Positions 30,785-39,220 of a DNA stretch of 64,000 nt are shown in pieces (position 1 is the stretch's first letter; each line of letters begins with the position of its first letter). A model generated the notes under the pieces. It saw only the letters and a list, made by a program, of their open reading frames with translations, was not told the origin of the DNA and searched no databases. Made by a program: the position numbers and the translations under genes. This DNA is from an uncultured Thermoleophilaceae bacterium (GTDB lineage Bacteria; Actinomycetota; Thermoleophilia; Solirubrobacterales; Thermoleophilaceae): contig CAWEOW010000025.1 of assembly GCA_963810745.1 (NCBI GenBank), positions 649-64,648 of the forward strand, read 5' to 3'.

Positions 30785-31615
30785 TCATTGTGACGCAGGC
30801 GACGGCCGGGTGCGGGTGACCACGGCGCCCGGAACCGTCTCCGCGGCCGCCTCCGCGGCGGCCCTGTCCTCGAACAGGCCGAAGGCGGTGGGGCCCGAGC
30901 CGCTGAGCCGGGCCGCCAGGGCGCCCGCGTCCCGCAGGGCGTCCAGCGTCGCGCCCAGCTCCGGGCGCAGCGACAGCGCCGCAGCCTCCAGGTCGTTCTC
31001 CATTGCCGAGGCCAGGGCCGCCGCCCCTGCGCCGGCCAGGCCTCTGAGGTCGTCGGGGTCCAGCGGCTCCCGCGGCTCGGCGCCGCGGTCGTGCTCGGCG
31101 TACACCGCCGCGGTGGACAGCCCCTCGGCGCTCGGAACCAGCACCAGCCACAGCTCCGGCAGCGCCAGCGGCTCGACCACCTCTCCCGCTCCCGTCACCA
31201 GCGCCGGCGCGGGGTCGAGCTGGCTGGGGACGTCCGCGCCGATGGGCGCGCCCAGTCGCCGCAGCTCGTCGAGGCTCAGCGGCTCGCCCGCGATGCGGTT
31301 GGCGGCCCGCAGGGTGGCCGCGGCGTCGGCGCTGCCGCCTCCAAGGCCGCCCGCCACCGGGATGCGCTTCTCGACGGTCACGCGCAGCGGCGGGAGTGCC
31401 GCACGGGTGCGAAAGGCCGCCAGGGCGTGCTGGACCAGGTTCGGGCCCTCGACTCCCGGGGCCACGACCTCGTCGAGCGTGGCGGGCTCGAAGGCCAGCT
31501 TGTCGGCGAGGTCGAGCGGAGCGAACAGCGAAGCGAGCTCGTGCAACCCGTCGCCGCGCCGGCGCCCGACGTGCAGCACGAGGTTGACCTTCGCCGGCGC
31601 GGTCTCGGAGAGCAC
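30785..31615 (-). CDS. ispE: 4-diphosphocytidyl-2-C-methyl-D-erythritol kinase
   Basis: The last 276 codons of ORF 30785..32260 from GTG 31615. (M)LSETAPAKVNLVLHVGRRRGDGLHEL...KRIPVAGGLGGGSADAAATLRAAN...SGSGPTAFGLF (GHMP kinase motifs). Follows rsmA as in other Actinomycetota. Confidence 0.9.
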   Translation of the reverse strand: MLSETAPAKVNLVLHVGRRRGDGLHELASLFAPLDLADKLAFEPATLDEVVAPGVEGPNLVQHALAAFRTRAALPPLRVTVEKRIPVAGGLGGGSADAAATLRAANRIAGEPLSLDELRRLGAPIGADVPSQLDPAPALVTGAGEVVEPLALPELWLVLVPSAEGLSTAAVYAEHDRGAEPREPLDPDDLRGLAGAGAAALASAMENDLEAAALSLRPELGATLDALRDAGALAARLSGSGPTAFGLFEDRAAAEAAAETVPGAVVTRTRPSPASQ

Positions 31616-31616
31616 G

Positions 31617-32457
31617 TCAGCGGTCCAGCAGCTCGGCCAGGCGCGGGAAGTCCGTCGGTGCGAGCCGCTCCGCGCGCGCGTCCGGCGGGTGTCCGAGCTC
31701 CTCGAGGGCGTCGCGCGCGCGGTCGCGGACCCCGTCCGGCGCGCTCGGTGCCAGGGCGAGCGACCCGCCGAGCGCCTTGCGGCGGTGGGCGAACGCGGCG
31801 TGGACCAGGTCCCTCGTGGCCGCTGTGGGCGCCGGCCCCGTGCGCCGCAGCCGTACCAGCGCCGACTCGACCGCCGGCCGCGGGTGGAACACGGTGGCCG
31901 GGATCCGGCGCAGGACCTCGACCTTGCAGGACAGCTGGGCCAGTACGGAGGTGGCGCCGTAGAGCTTGCCCTTCTCGGGGCCCGCCGCCAACCGCTCGGC
32001 CACCTCGCGCTGGACCATGGCCACCAGCAGCGAGGCGCCGGGCAGCTCCTCCAGCGCCTTGAGCAGGACGGTGGCGGCGACGCCGTAGGGCAGGTTCGCG
32101 ACCACCTTGCCGGGCCGGGGGTCCAACGCAGCGAAGTCGAGGCCGACGGCGTCGGCTTGGTGCAGCGTCGCGTTGGCGAAGGGTCCCAGGGCGTCCTCCA
32201 TCGCCTCCCGCAGGCGCGGGTCGACCTCGACCACGTGCAGGTGGGCCACCCGCGGCGCAAGGTACTCCGACAGCACGCCCAGGCCCCCGCCCACCTCCAG
32301 CACGACGTCGTCCTCGCTCAGCTCGGCAGCGTCGCCGATGACCCCCAAGCAGGTTGTCGTCGACGAGGAAGTTCTGGCCCAGCTCGCGGTTGGGCCGCAC
32401 GTCGAACTCGCGCAGGCGGCGCAGGCTCGCCTGACGAGGGGCGTCGGCGGTCACCAC
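31617..32457 (-). CDS. rsmA: 16S rRNA (adenine1518/1519-N6)-dimethyltransferase RsmA/KsgA, one frame break near 32345
   Basis: N-terminus lies in the frame of ORF 31378..32703 ((M)VTADAPRQASLRRLREFDVRPNRELGQNFLVDDNLLG). It continues in ORF 31617..32348 (VIGDAAELSEDDVVLEVGGGLGVLSEYL...VVANLPYGVAATVLL...FHPRPAVESALVRL). GTG start overlaps the tatD stop. Confidence 0.88.
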
Positions 32458-33191
32458 CCGAAGACGCGGGCGGCGTTGGACTCCACCAGCGCCTCCAGCT
32501 CCTCGTAGGGCACGCCGCGGCGCTCGGCCACGAAGCGCGCGGTGAGGGCCACGTTCGCCGGCTCGTTGGGCTTGCCGCGAACAGGCTGCGGGGAGAGGTA
32601 GGGCGAGTCGGTCTCCACCAGGAGCAGCTCGTCGGGCACCCGCCCAGCCGCGTCCTGGAGGTCGGTGGCCTTGGGGTAGGTGACGTTGCCGGCGAAAGAG
32701 CACACGTAGCCGCGCTCGACCGCCTCGTCCAGGCGGTCGGCCATCGAGAAGCAGTGGAGCACCACGGTGAGCCCGTCGGCGTGCTCGGCGAGGAGGTCGA
32801 AGGTGTCCTGCTCGGCCGCGCGCGTGTGGATCACCAGCGGCAGGTCGAGCTCCCGCGCCAGGCCGGCGTGCGCGGCGAAGGCGCGCTTCTGGTCCTCGGG
32901 CGGAGCGCCCTCGCGGAAGTAGTCGAGGCCGGTCTCGCCGATCGCCACTACCTTCGGGCGCCGCGCCTCCTCCTCAGGCAGCCAGCCGTCCCAGCCCGCG
33001 GCGGCGTTGGGGTGCAGGCCGACGATCTGGAAGACCTCCTCGTACTCGTCGGCCAAACGCTGCCCGATGACCACCGAGTCGCGGTCGATCCCCACAGTGG
33101 CGAGCTTCTCGATGCCCGCTGCGCGGGCCCGCTGGACCAGCTCGCTCGCGTCCGGCTCGCAGTGGTCGAGGTGGCAGTGGGTGTCGACCAC
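32451..33191 (-). CDS. TatD-family metal-dependent hydrolase (DNase)
   Basis: MVDTHCHLDHC...AIGETGLDYFR...LPLVIHTRAAEQDT...VVLHCFS...LLLVETDSPYLSPQPVRGKPNEPANV. Confidence 0.9.
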   Translation of the reverse strand: MVDTHCHLDHCEPDASELVQRARAAGIEKLATVGIDRDSVVIGQRLADEYEEVFQIVGLHPNAAAGWDGWLPEEEARRPKVVAIGETGLDYFREGAPPEDQKRAFAAHAGLARELDLPLVIHTRAAEQDTFDLLAEHADGLTVVLHCFSMADRLDEAVERGYVCSFAGNVTYPKATDLQDAAGRVPDELLLVETDSPYLSPQPVRGKPNEPANVALTARFVAERRGVPYEELEALVESNAARVFGW

Positions 33192-33194
33192 TGC

Positions 33195-34709
33195 CTACGC
33201 CGCGGCGGGCTCGACCCTCGGGAAGAGCTGGCCCGGGTCGCCCAGGGTGGCGCCGCCGGCAACGTTGCCGAAGCTCGCTGCGGCCACCGAACGGTCCTCG
33301 GTGCCCAGGGCGTCGAGCAGCTTGCCCGCCGCGGTGGGCACGAACGGCAGCAAAAGCAGCGAAACCACGCGCAGCCCCTCGGCCAGGCCCAGCAGCACTG
33401 TGTCCAGCCGTACGGCCTGGGCGTCGTCCTTCGCCAGTTGCCACGGCTGTTGCTCCTGCACGTAGGAGTTGAGCGCGCGCACGCGCTGCCAGATCAGCTC
33501 GAGGGCGTCGGTCGGCTGCGTCGCATCGAGGGCCGCGCAGACCTCGTCCGTCAGGCCGTCGAACAGCTCGGTCAGCTCGGCGGGCGGGTCGCCCCCGGGT
33601 ACGACCCCGTCGCGGTAGCGGTCGACCATCGCCAGCGTTCGGCTGGCGAGGTTGCCGTACTCGTTCGCCAGGTCGCTCGTGTACCGGTTCTCGAAGCCCT
33701 CGGGCGACACCTCGCCGTCCTGGCCGAAGCGCACCTCGCGCATCGCGTAGTAGCGCAGCGCGTCCGCGCCGTAGAGCTCGACCACCTGGAACGGGTCGAT
33801 CACGTTGCCGAGCGACTTGGACATCTTGTGCTCGCCGAGCAGCAGGAAGCCGTGGATGGCGACGCGCCGCGGGACCTCGATGTCGGCAGCCATGAGCATC
33901 GCGGGCCAGATCACGGCGTGGAACTTGAGGATGTCCTTGCCGATCAGGTGGACGTCGGCCGGCCAGAAGCGGTCGGTGAGGTCCTCCCCCTCGCGCGCGT
34001 AGGAGAGCGCGGAGTAGTAGTTGATGAGCGCGTCGATCCAGACGTAGATGACCTGCGACTCGTCCCAGGGCACCGGCACGCCCCACTTCAGGCGCGCACG
34101 TGAGAGGGAGATGTCCTGCAGGCCCTGCTGGATGAACGAGAGCGCCTCGTTGAAGCGGATCTGCGGCGTGACGAAGTCGGGCCGCTCGGCGTACAGACGC
34201 TCCAGCGGCTCCTGGAAGGAGGAAAGCCGGAAAAACCAGTTGTCCTCGTGCTCACGCTCGAGCTCGATGAGGTGGATCGGGCACTTGTTGCCCTCCACGA
34301 GCTCGGAGTCGGTCTTGAAGTCGGCGCAGCGGGGGCAGTACCAGCCCTCGTAGGTGCCGGCGTAGACGTGGCCGTTGTCGTGGATGCGCTGGACCACGCG
34401 CTGCACCACCTCGTGGTGCTCGGGGTCGGTGGTGCGGATGAAGAAGTCGTTGGTGACCCCCAGGGCCGCCGCGAGCTCCTTGAAGCGGACGTAGTTGCGG
34501 TCGCCCAGCTCACGCGGGGTGATGCCCTCGCGCTCGGCCACCTGGGTCACCGGCTCGCCGTGCTCGTCGGTGCCGGTCAGGAAGAACACCTCGTCGCCGC
34601 GCTGGCGCCTGTGCCGCGCGAGCACGTCGGCCGCAATCGTGGTGTAGGCGTGCCCCAGGTGGGGCTCCGCATTCACGTAGTAGATCGGGGTCGTGACGTA
34701 GTAGGCCAT
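33195..34709 (-). CDS. metG: methionine--tRNA ligase
   Basis: MAYYVTTPIYYVNAEPHLGHAYTTIAADVLARHRR (HIGH region), CPRC...CPIH zinc knuckle, KMSKSLGN. 504 aa. Confidence 0.95.
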   Translation of the reverse strand: MAYYVTTPIYYVNAEPHLGHAYTTIAADVLARHRRQRGDEVFFLTGTDEHGEPVTQVAEREGITPRELGDRNYVRFKELAAALGVTNDFFIRTTDPEHHEVVQRVVQRIHDNGHVYAGTYEGWYCPRCADFKTDSELVEGNKCPIHLIELEREHEDNWFFRLSSFQEPLERLYAERPDFVTPQIRFNEALSFIQQGLQDISLSRARLKWGVPVPWDESQVIYVWIDALINYYSALSYAREGEDLTDRFWPADVHLIGKDILKFHAVIWPAMLMAADIEVPRRVAIHGFLLLGEHKMSKSLGNVIDPFQVVELYGADALRYYAMREVRFGQDGEVSPEGFENRYTSDLANEYGNLASRTLAMVDRYRDGVVPGGDPPAELTELFDGLTDEVCAALDATQPTDALELIWQRVRALNSYVQEQQPWQLAKDDAQAVRLDTVLLGLAEGLRVVSLLLLPFVPTAAGKLLDALGTEDRSVAAASFGNVAGGATLGDPGQLFPRVEPAAA

Positions 34710-35674
34710 CCTCCGAAGACCCTAAGGGCCACTGTCCCGAATCGACCGCGCGGCGCGCGCCCGCGGCCGGGGCGGGCGAGCGTCAGGGCGGCCGCTGCGA
34801 CGCCGAGGCAAGCCAGGGCCCAGCCCAGGTCCAGGCCGCCGCCACTTCCGGTGGGCACACGTACCCGGCCGGCGGGGTGGTGAGCGGGTGCTCTCGCCGC
34901 TCGCGGCTGCGTCGCCGGGCCGGCCTCCGGGGCCCTTGCCGGCGAGCGCTCCCCCGCAGTGCGCGAGCGAGGGGCCGGTGCCGGGCCCAGCGCCGCAGGC
35001 GACAGGGCCTTCGTGATGGCCGAGCGGGCAGGCGCTGGTGCGGGCGCGCGGCCGGGAGCGCCCGCGGGCGCTCGCACGCGGCTGGGCGCGGCCGCCGGCG
35101 CACGTCGCGCCGCGGGCGCGGGTGCCGCGCCGGGCCCGGCCGTCAGCGGCAGGGGGAGCGGCGCCGGCGCAGGGCCCGGCTTGCCTTCGCCTGGGCCGGC
35201 CGGCGCCGCGAGGAAGCTCATGGGGTCGCGGTAGGCGTGGCGGCTTCCCGCCTCCCGGACCCCGAAGTGCAGGTGCGGCCGCTCCGCCGAGCGGCGGCCG
35301 GAGGTGCCAACCGCTCCGAGGCGCGCGCCGCTGCCGACCTGATCGCCCTCGCGCACGGCCAGCGACGAGAGGTGGAGGTAGGAGGTGTCCCAGCGCCCGT
35401 CGGCGGTGCGGACGGACACGGTCAGCCCCGAGGACCCTGCCGTTCCCGCGAAGGTGACGCGACCCGACGTGGGCGCCGCCACCGCCCGGCCCACCGGGGC
35501 GGCGATGTCGATCCCGCGGTGCTGCCCGCCCGCGTAAGGGTCGCTGCCGTTGCGGTAGGAGGTGATGACCTCGCCGCGGACCGGCCAGCCCCAGCTGCCG
35601 GCTGCCGCCGCGGGTGGAGCCCCCGCGACCACGGCGAGGGCGACGAGCGTGAGGATGAGCGGGGTGCGGGCCAT
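34673..35674 (-). CDS. secreted M23-family metallopeptidase with Pro/Ala-rich tail and C-terminal hydrophobic segment
   Basis: Signal peptide MARTPLILTLVALAVVAGAPPAAAAG. M23 motifs are GGQHRGIDIAAPVGRAV, TSYLHLSSLAVREGDQV and PHLHFGVR. The 3' end overlaps the metG start by 37 nt. Confidence 0.85.
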   Translation of the reverse strand: MARTPLILTLVALAVVAGAPPAAAAGSWGWPVRGEVITSYRNGSDPYAGGQHRGIDIAAPVGRAVAAPTSGRVTFAGTAGSSGLTVSVRTADGRWDTSYLHLSSLAVREGDQVGSGARLGAVGTSGRRSAERPHLHFGVREAGSRHAYRDPMSFLAAPAGPGEGKPGPAPAPLPLPLTAGPGAAPAPAARRAPAAAPSRVRAPAGAPGRAPAPAPARSAITKALSPAALGPAPAPRSRTAGERSPARAPEAGPATQPRAARAPAHHPAGRVRVPTGSGGGLDLGWALACLGVAAAALTLARPGRGRAPRGRFGTVALRVFGGWPTTSRPRSTT

Positions 35675-35883
35675 GCGGCGACCGTAGGTCCGCTAGGCGG
35701 CCGTGGGGCCCGGGCGGGGTCGAGTCGTAACGATCCGTCACGGTCCGCGCACAGTTCGTCACACGGGCGTTACCCGAAGGGCGGCGCGGCGCCCAGACGA
35801 CGAACTCCTCCGGCGCCGGAGCGCTTTCTCGGCGGGGTGCCCCGTGTCGCGCGCCGGACCGGGGGCGCGCACCGACGAACAAA

Positions 35884-35901
35884 TCGTCAGCCCGCTGACG
35901 A
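35884..35901 (-). terminator. hairpin directly after the rsmI stop, followed by TTTGTT
   Basis: Minus strand reads TAG G TCGTCAGC GG GCTGACGA TTTGTT. Arms are perfect 8 nt (effective 7-bp stem with 4-nt loop). Confidence 0.55.
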
Positions 35902-35902
35902 C

Positions 35903-36751
35903 CTATTCAGCCGCGGACGCGCCCTTTCCCTCGTCGCGCTCGTCCATCAGCGCCCGGTACAGCTCGTTCGCCCGCCCGCCGGTCAGCTCGGCGACCACCG
36001 CCGCGGCAGGTCGGGGCCGCGCGCCCGCCTCCACCAGCCGCTGCAGGGCTTCCAGCCCCTCCGGGACGGAGGCCGAGCCGGCCGACTCCGAAGCCGGCCC
36101 GATCACGAGCACCACCTCCCCTCGCGGGTCCGCGGCGGAGTAGCGCTCGGCCAGCTCGCCGGCCGTGCCCCGCACCACCTCCTCGTGCACCTTGGTCAGC
36201 TCGCGACACACCGCAACCGGCCGCGAGGGGTCGAGCGAAGCCAGCACCGACAACGAGGACGCCACCCGGCGCGGCGACTCGAAGGCGACCAGCGTCCCGC
36301 CGGGCTCGGCGAGCAAGGAGCGCAGCTCGCCCTTCTTGCGTGGGAGGAACCCCTCGAAACGCCAGTGGTCGGCCGGCAGCGCCGAGGCCACCAGGGCGGC
36401 CAACGCGGCCGAAGGCCCGGGCAGCACCTCCACCTCCACACCAGCGGCCACGCACGCGCGCACCAGCACGAAGCCCGGATCGGAGACCAGCGGCATGCCG
36501 GCGTCGGAGACCAGCGCCACGGTCGAGCCGCCGCGCATCTGCTCCACGAGCTTGGCCGCCTCCGCCGTCTCGTTGTGCTCGTGGTAGGCCACCAGCCGCG
36601 CGGAGACGCCGTAGCGGTCCAGCAGCACGCGGGTGCGGCGGGTGTCCTCGCAGGCCACCACGTCGGCGTCGCGCAGGGCCGACAGCACCCGCAGCGTCAC
36701 GTCCTCGAGGTTCCCGATCGGCGTCGGGCAGACGACCAGCCGGCCGGTCAA
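35903..36751 (-). CDS. rsmI: 16S rRNA (cytidine1402-2'-O)-methyltransferase RsmI
   Basis: TTG at 36751 overlaps the upstream TGA (TTGA). (M)TGRLVVCPTPIGNLEDVTLRVLSALRDADVVACEDTRRTRVLLDRYGV...VSDAGMPLVSDPGF...VLPGPSAALAAL...FEGFLPRKKGE...VAFESPRR...VCRELTKVHEE. Confidence 0.9.
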   Translation of the reverse strand: MTGRLVVCPTPIGNLEDVTLRVLSALRDADVVACEDTRRTRVLLDRYGVSARLVAYHEHNETAEAAKLVEQMRGGSTVALVSDAGMPLVSDPGFVLVRACVAAGVEVEVLPGPSAALAALVASALPADHWRFEGFLPRKKGELRSLLAEPGGTLVAFESPRRVASSLSVLASLDPSRPVAVCRELTKVHEEVVRGTAGELAERYSAADPRGEVVLVIGPASESAGSASVPEGLEALQRLVEAGARPRPAAAVVAELTGGRANELYRALMDERDEGKGASAAE

Positions 36752-37689
36752 GAGCGCCCCATCCCGTCCAGGGCCAGTAGCGCGGCGCCCAGCATGCCCG
36801 ACTCGCCCCCGAACTCGGCCGGCACGACCCGCATGCGCGGCGGGCCGAGGCCCTGCGCGGCCAGCACCTCGCGCGCGGGCTCGAGCAGCAGGTCCCCCGC
36901 GGCCACGGCGCCGCCACCGATCACGGCAACCTCGGGGTCGAGCACGTTCAGGATGCTCACGAGGCCCGCGCCGAGCTGCCGGCCGACCGAGCACACCGCC
37001 TCGACCGCGAGCTCGTCGCCGGCGTGGGCGAGCTCGGTGACGAAGCTGCCCCGGATGGCGCCCTCCTCCTGCAGGCGCGTACCGAGCGGAGAGCGGGGAT
37101 GGGCGCGCGCGGCCTGGGTGCCGGCGATCCCGATCGCACTCCCCGAAGCAAGGACCTCGAGGCAGCCGCGGCCGCCGCAGGGGCAGGGCGGCCCGTCGAC
37201 ATCGGTGACCATGTGGCCCAGCTCGCCCGCCGCGCCGGTGGCGCCGCGGTAGACCCGGCCATCCAAGACGAGCCCGCCGCCGATGCCGGTGCCGAGGGCG
37301 AACATGACCGCGTGGGAGGCGCCGCGGGCGGCCCCGATGCGGTGCTCGGCCATGACGGCCGCGTTCACGTCGTTGTCGACCCAAACGGGGAGGCCGAGGC
37401 GCTCGGCCATCAGGTCGCCGAACGGCACGTCGTCGAGCGGCAGGTGGACCGAGGCGACCGAGCGACCGCCGGAGACCAGGGAGGGGATGCCGAAGCCCAC
37501 GGCCTCCGCCTCCGGGGCCACGCTGCGCAACTCCTCCACGGCCTCTACTACGATCCGCAGCGTCTCCTCGCGGTCGGCTCCGCGCCAGAGGCGGTGCACG
37601 CGGTTGTGAACCACAAGGCCCTCGTCGACCACGCCGCCGAGGAGCTTGGTGCCTCCCGCGTCGACCCCGATGACGCGCTTTGGCGGCAT
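36748..37689 (-). CDS. ROK-family sugar kinase (glucokinase-like)
   Basis: VIGVDAGGTKLLGGVV..., WVDNDVNAAVMAEH...ALGTGIGGGLVLDGRVYRGATGAAGELGH...CPCGGRGCLE (ROK signature and Zn cysteines). Confidence 0.85.
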   Translation of the reverse strand: MPPKRVIGVDAGGTKLLGGVVDEGLVVHNRVHRLWRGADREETLRIVVEAVEELRSVAPEAEAVGFGIPSLVSGGRSVASVHLPLDDVPFGDLMAERLGLPVWVDNDVNAAVMAEHRIGAARGASHAVMFALGTGIGGGLVLDGRVYRGATGAAGELGHMVTDVDGPPCPCGGRGCLEVLASGSAIGIAGTQAARAHPRSPLGTRLQEEGAIRGSFVTELAHAGDELAVEAVCSVGRQLGAGLVSILNVLDPEVAVIGGGAVAAGDLLLEPAREVLAAQGLGPPRMRVVPAEFGGESGMLGAALLALDGMGRS

Positions 37690-37695
37690 CGCCGG

Positions 37696-37706
37696 ACGAT
37701 ATAAGG
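37696..37706. promoter_or_regulatory. AT-rich GATATAAG element in the 22-nt gap between divergent starts; candidate shared -10 region for leaderless or near-leaderless transcripts
   Basis: Plus strand CGATATAAGGATCAG-ATG places TATAAG 6 nt before the LCP ATG (37712). Minus strand CTTATATCGTCCGGCG-ATG places TTATAT 9 nt before the ROK ATG (37689). Confidence 0.3.
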
Positions 37707-37711
37707 ATCAG

Positions 37712-38764
37712 ATGGCCGACTCGCCCCCTGAGTACAAGGTCTACAAGGCCCGCAAGAACCCGTTCTCGGGCCTCGGCGCGCGCGGCCTCGAGGGCCTGCG
37801 CAAGCGCAAGAAGGCCCCGAAGGAGCCGGGCGAGAAGCGCGAGATCACCCCGGGCCGGGTTCTCAAGTGGGTCGCCCTGGCGGCCGTCGGCTGGATCCTG
37901 CTGGCGCTGGTCCTGTTCCTGATCAGCGCCCAGGTGAGCGGCGGGCTCTCACCGCGCAGCGAGCGCTCCCTGTCCGGCGGCAGCAGCCTCCTGGCGGGCA
38001 GCAACATCCTGATCATCGGCACCGATACGCGCTCCGGCGACTCCATCGACAAGAGCCAGAGCGGCCCGGCCCGGGCGGACACGATCATGATCCTCCACAC
38101 CAGCCTCGCCGGGATGAGGCGGCTCTCGATCCCGCGCGACACCGAGGCCGACATCCCCGGCCACGACCGCCAGAAGATCAACGCCGCCTACGCCCTGGGC
38201 GGGCGGCCGCTCCTCGTGGAGACCGTCGAGGGCTACATGGGCGGCGACATGAAGATCAACCACATCATGGAGATCGACTTCAAGGGCTTTCCGAAGTTCA
38301 TCGACTCCATCGGGGGCGTCACGGTCACCGCCAAGCGCCGCATCTGCTCGCCGCCGTTCGACAACTTCTGGAAGGGGCTGCGCTTCAAGAAGGGTGAGAA
38401 CCAGCTGACCGGAGCCAAGGCGCTCGGCTGGGCCCGCATCCGCAAGAACGAGTGCGCGCCGCAGGAGAACGACCTGGACCGCGCCGAGCGCCAGCAGGAG
38501 CTCCTCTCCGGCGTCCGCGGTCAGCTGATCTCGCCGGCGACCTTCTTCCGCGCTCCCTGGGTCGCCTGGAACGCTCCCAAGGCGTTCAAGACCGACCTGC
38601 ACGGCCCCGGCCTCCTCGCTCTCGCGTTCGACGCCGGGATCGGCGGCACGGGCGAGTCGAAGGTGCTCAAGCCGTCATGCCTGGACTGCGGCGCCGGCGG
38701 CAGCCTGAGGATCCCCAAGCCGGCCCGGACGGACGCCGTCGACTGGCTGAAGAACGGCGATTAG
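37712..38764 (+). CDS. LytR-CpsA-Psr (LCP) family cell-envelope phosphotransferase
   Basis: ORF 37646..38764 trimmed to ATG 37712. Cytoplasmic basic tail, TM (WVALAAVGWILLALVLFLI), then the LCP core (NILIIGTDTRSGD...RADTIMILH...LSIPRDT...KINAAYALGG...INHIMEIDFKGFPKFIDSIGGV...ALGWARIRK...DLDRAERQQ). Confidence 0.88.
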   Translation: MADSPPEYKVYKARKNPFSGLGARGLEGLRKRKKAPKEPGEKREITPGRVLKWVALAAVGWILLALVLFLISAQVSGGLSPRSERSLSGGSSLLAGSNILIIGTDTRSGDSIDKSQSGPARADTIMILHTSLAGMRRLSIPRDTEADIPGHDRQKINAAYALGGRPLLVETVEGYMGGDMKINHIMEIDFKGFPKFIDSIGGVTVTAKRRICSPPFDNFWKGLRFKKGENQLTGAKALGWARIRKNECAPQENDLDRAERQQELLSGVRGQLISPATFFRAPWVAWNAPKAFKTDLHGPGLLALAFDAGIGGTGESKVLKPSCLDCGAGGSLRIPKPARTDAVDWLKNGD

Positions 38765-39040
38765 TCGTCTGAGGAGGAGCCGTTGCTCGAGGACGACGAG
38801 TCCGACGAGCTCTCGGACTTCTTGGACTTCGTGTCGGCGGTCGAAGTCTCCGAGGACTTCTTCTTCTTGCCGTAGTCGGTGCTGTAGAAGCCCGAGCCCT
38901 TGAAGTGGACGGCCGGCGCCGACAGGACCCGCCGCGCAGGGCGCCCCGCAGACTTGACACTCGGTCAGCGGGTCGTCGCTCATCCGCTGGAAAACGTCGA
39001 ACTCGTGACTGTTGTCGCAGCGGTACTCGTAGATCGGCAC
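38761..39040 (-). CDS. FmdB-family zinc-ribbon protein, one frame break near 38940
   Basis: (M)PIYEYRCDNSHEFDVFQRMSDDPLTECQVCGAP continues one frame over (own translation RRVLSAPAVHFKGSGFYSTDYGKKKKSSETSTADTKSKKSESSSDSSSSSNGSSSDD*). GTG start; a TATACT box lies 9 nt upstream. Confidence 0.75.
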
Positions 39041-39220
39041 GGCGCGGCGAGTATAGGTGCGGGCCTAGGAGGGCGGTCGGGGCTGCTCGAGGTCCTCGAG
39101 CAGTGACACGCCGGCCGCGTGCCACACCAGCCAGGCGGTCATGTGGCGCACAGGGCGGAAGGCCGTCCGAAGCATCGCGCGACCTGTATAGCGTCACTCC
39201 CCGTGTCCGAGGCCGTCTCC

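Noticed and set aside
30810-34103. Very long plus-strand ORF (1097 aa). Similar giants are 46878..49838 (986 aa), 4384..6381 (665 aa), 21985..24252 (755 aa) and 34877..37252 (791 aa).
   Set aside because: They lie antisense to clearly conserved minus-strand genes (ispE, rsmA, tatD, metG, lon, mce, mfd, rsmI/ROK). Their translations are Arg/Ala/Gly/Leu-rich low-complexity strings with no recognisable motifs. Open antisense frames are expected at about 70% G+C.
35675-35883. ydaO (c-di-AMP) riboswitch upstream of the M23 peptidase, as is common for actinobacterial cell-wall hydrolases.
   Set aside because: I could not find the conserved core elements I remember for this class (GGGGUGAAUC-type segment, CCGAACCCGNCAGCUNACCUCG-type 3' segment). 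It is kept only as an unclassified structured leader.
39041-39220. T-box leader upstream of glyQS.
   Set aside because: No T-box consensus (AGGGUGGNACCGCG-like) and no specifier/antiterminator layout. There is only a 9-bp hairpin CTGCTCGAG-GTC-CTCGAGCAG and two TATAG-type -10 candidates for the divergent fmdB and glyQS genes.
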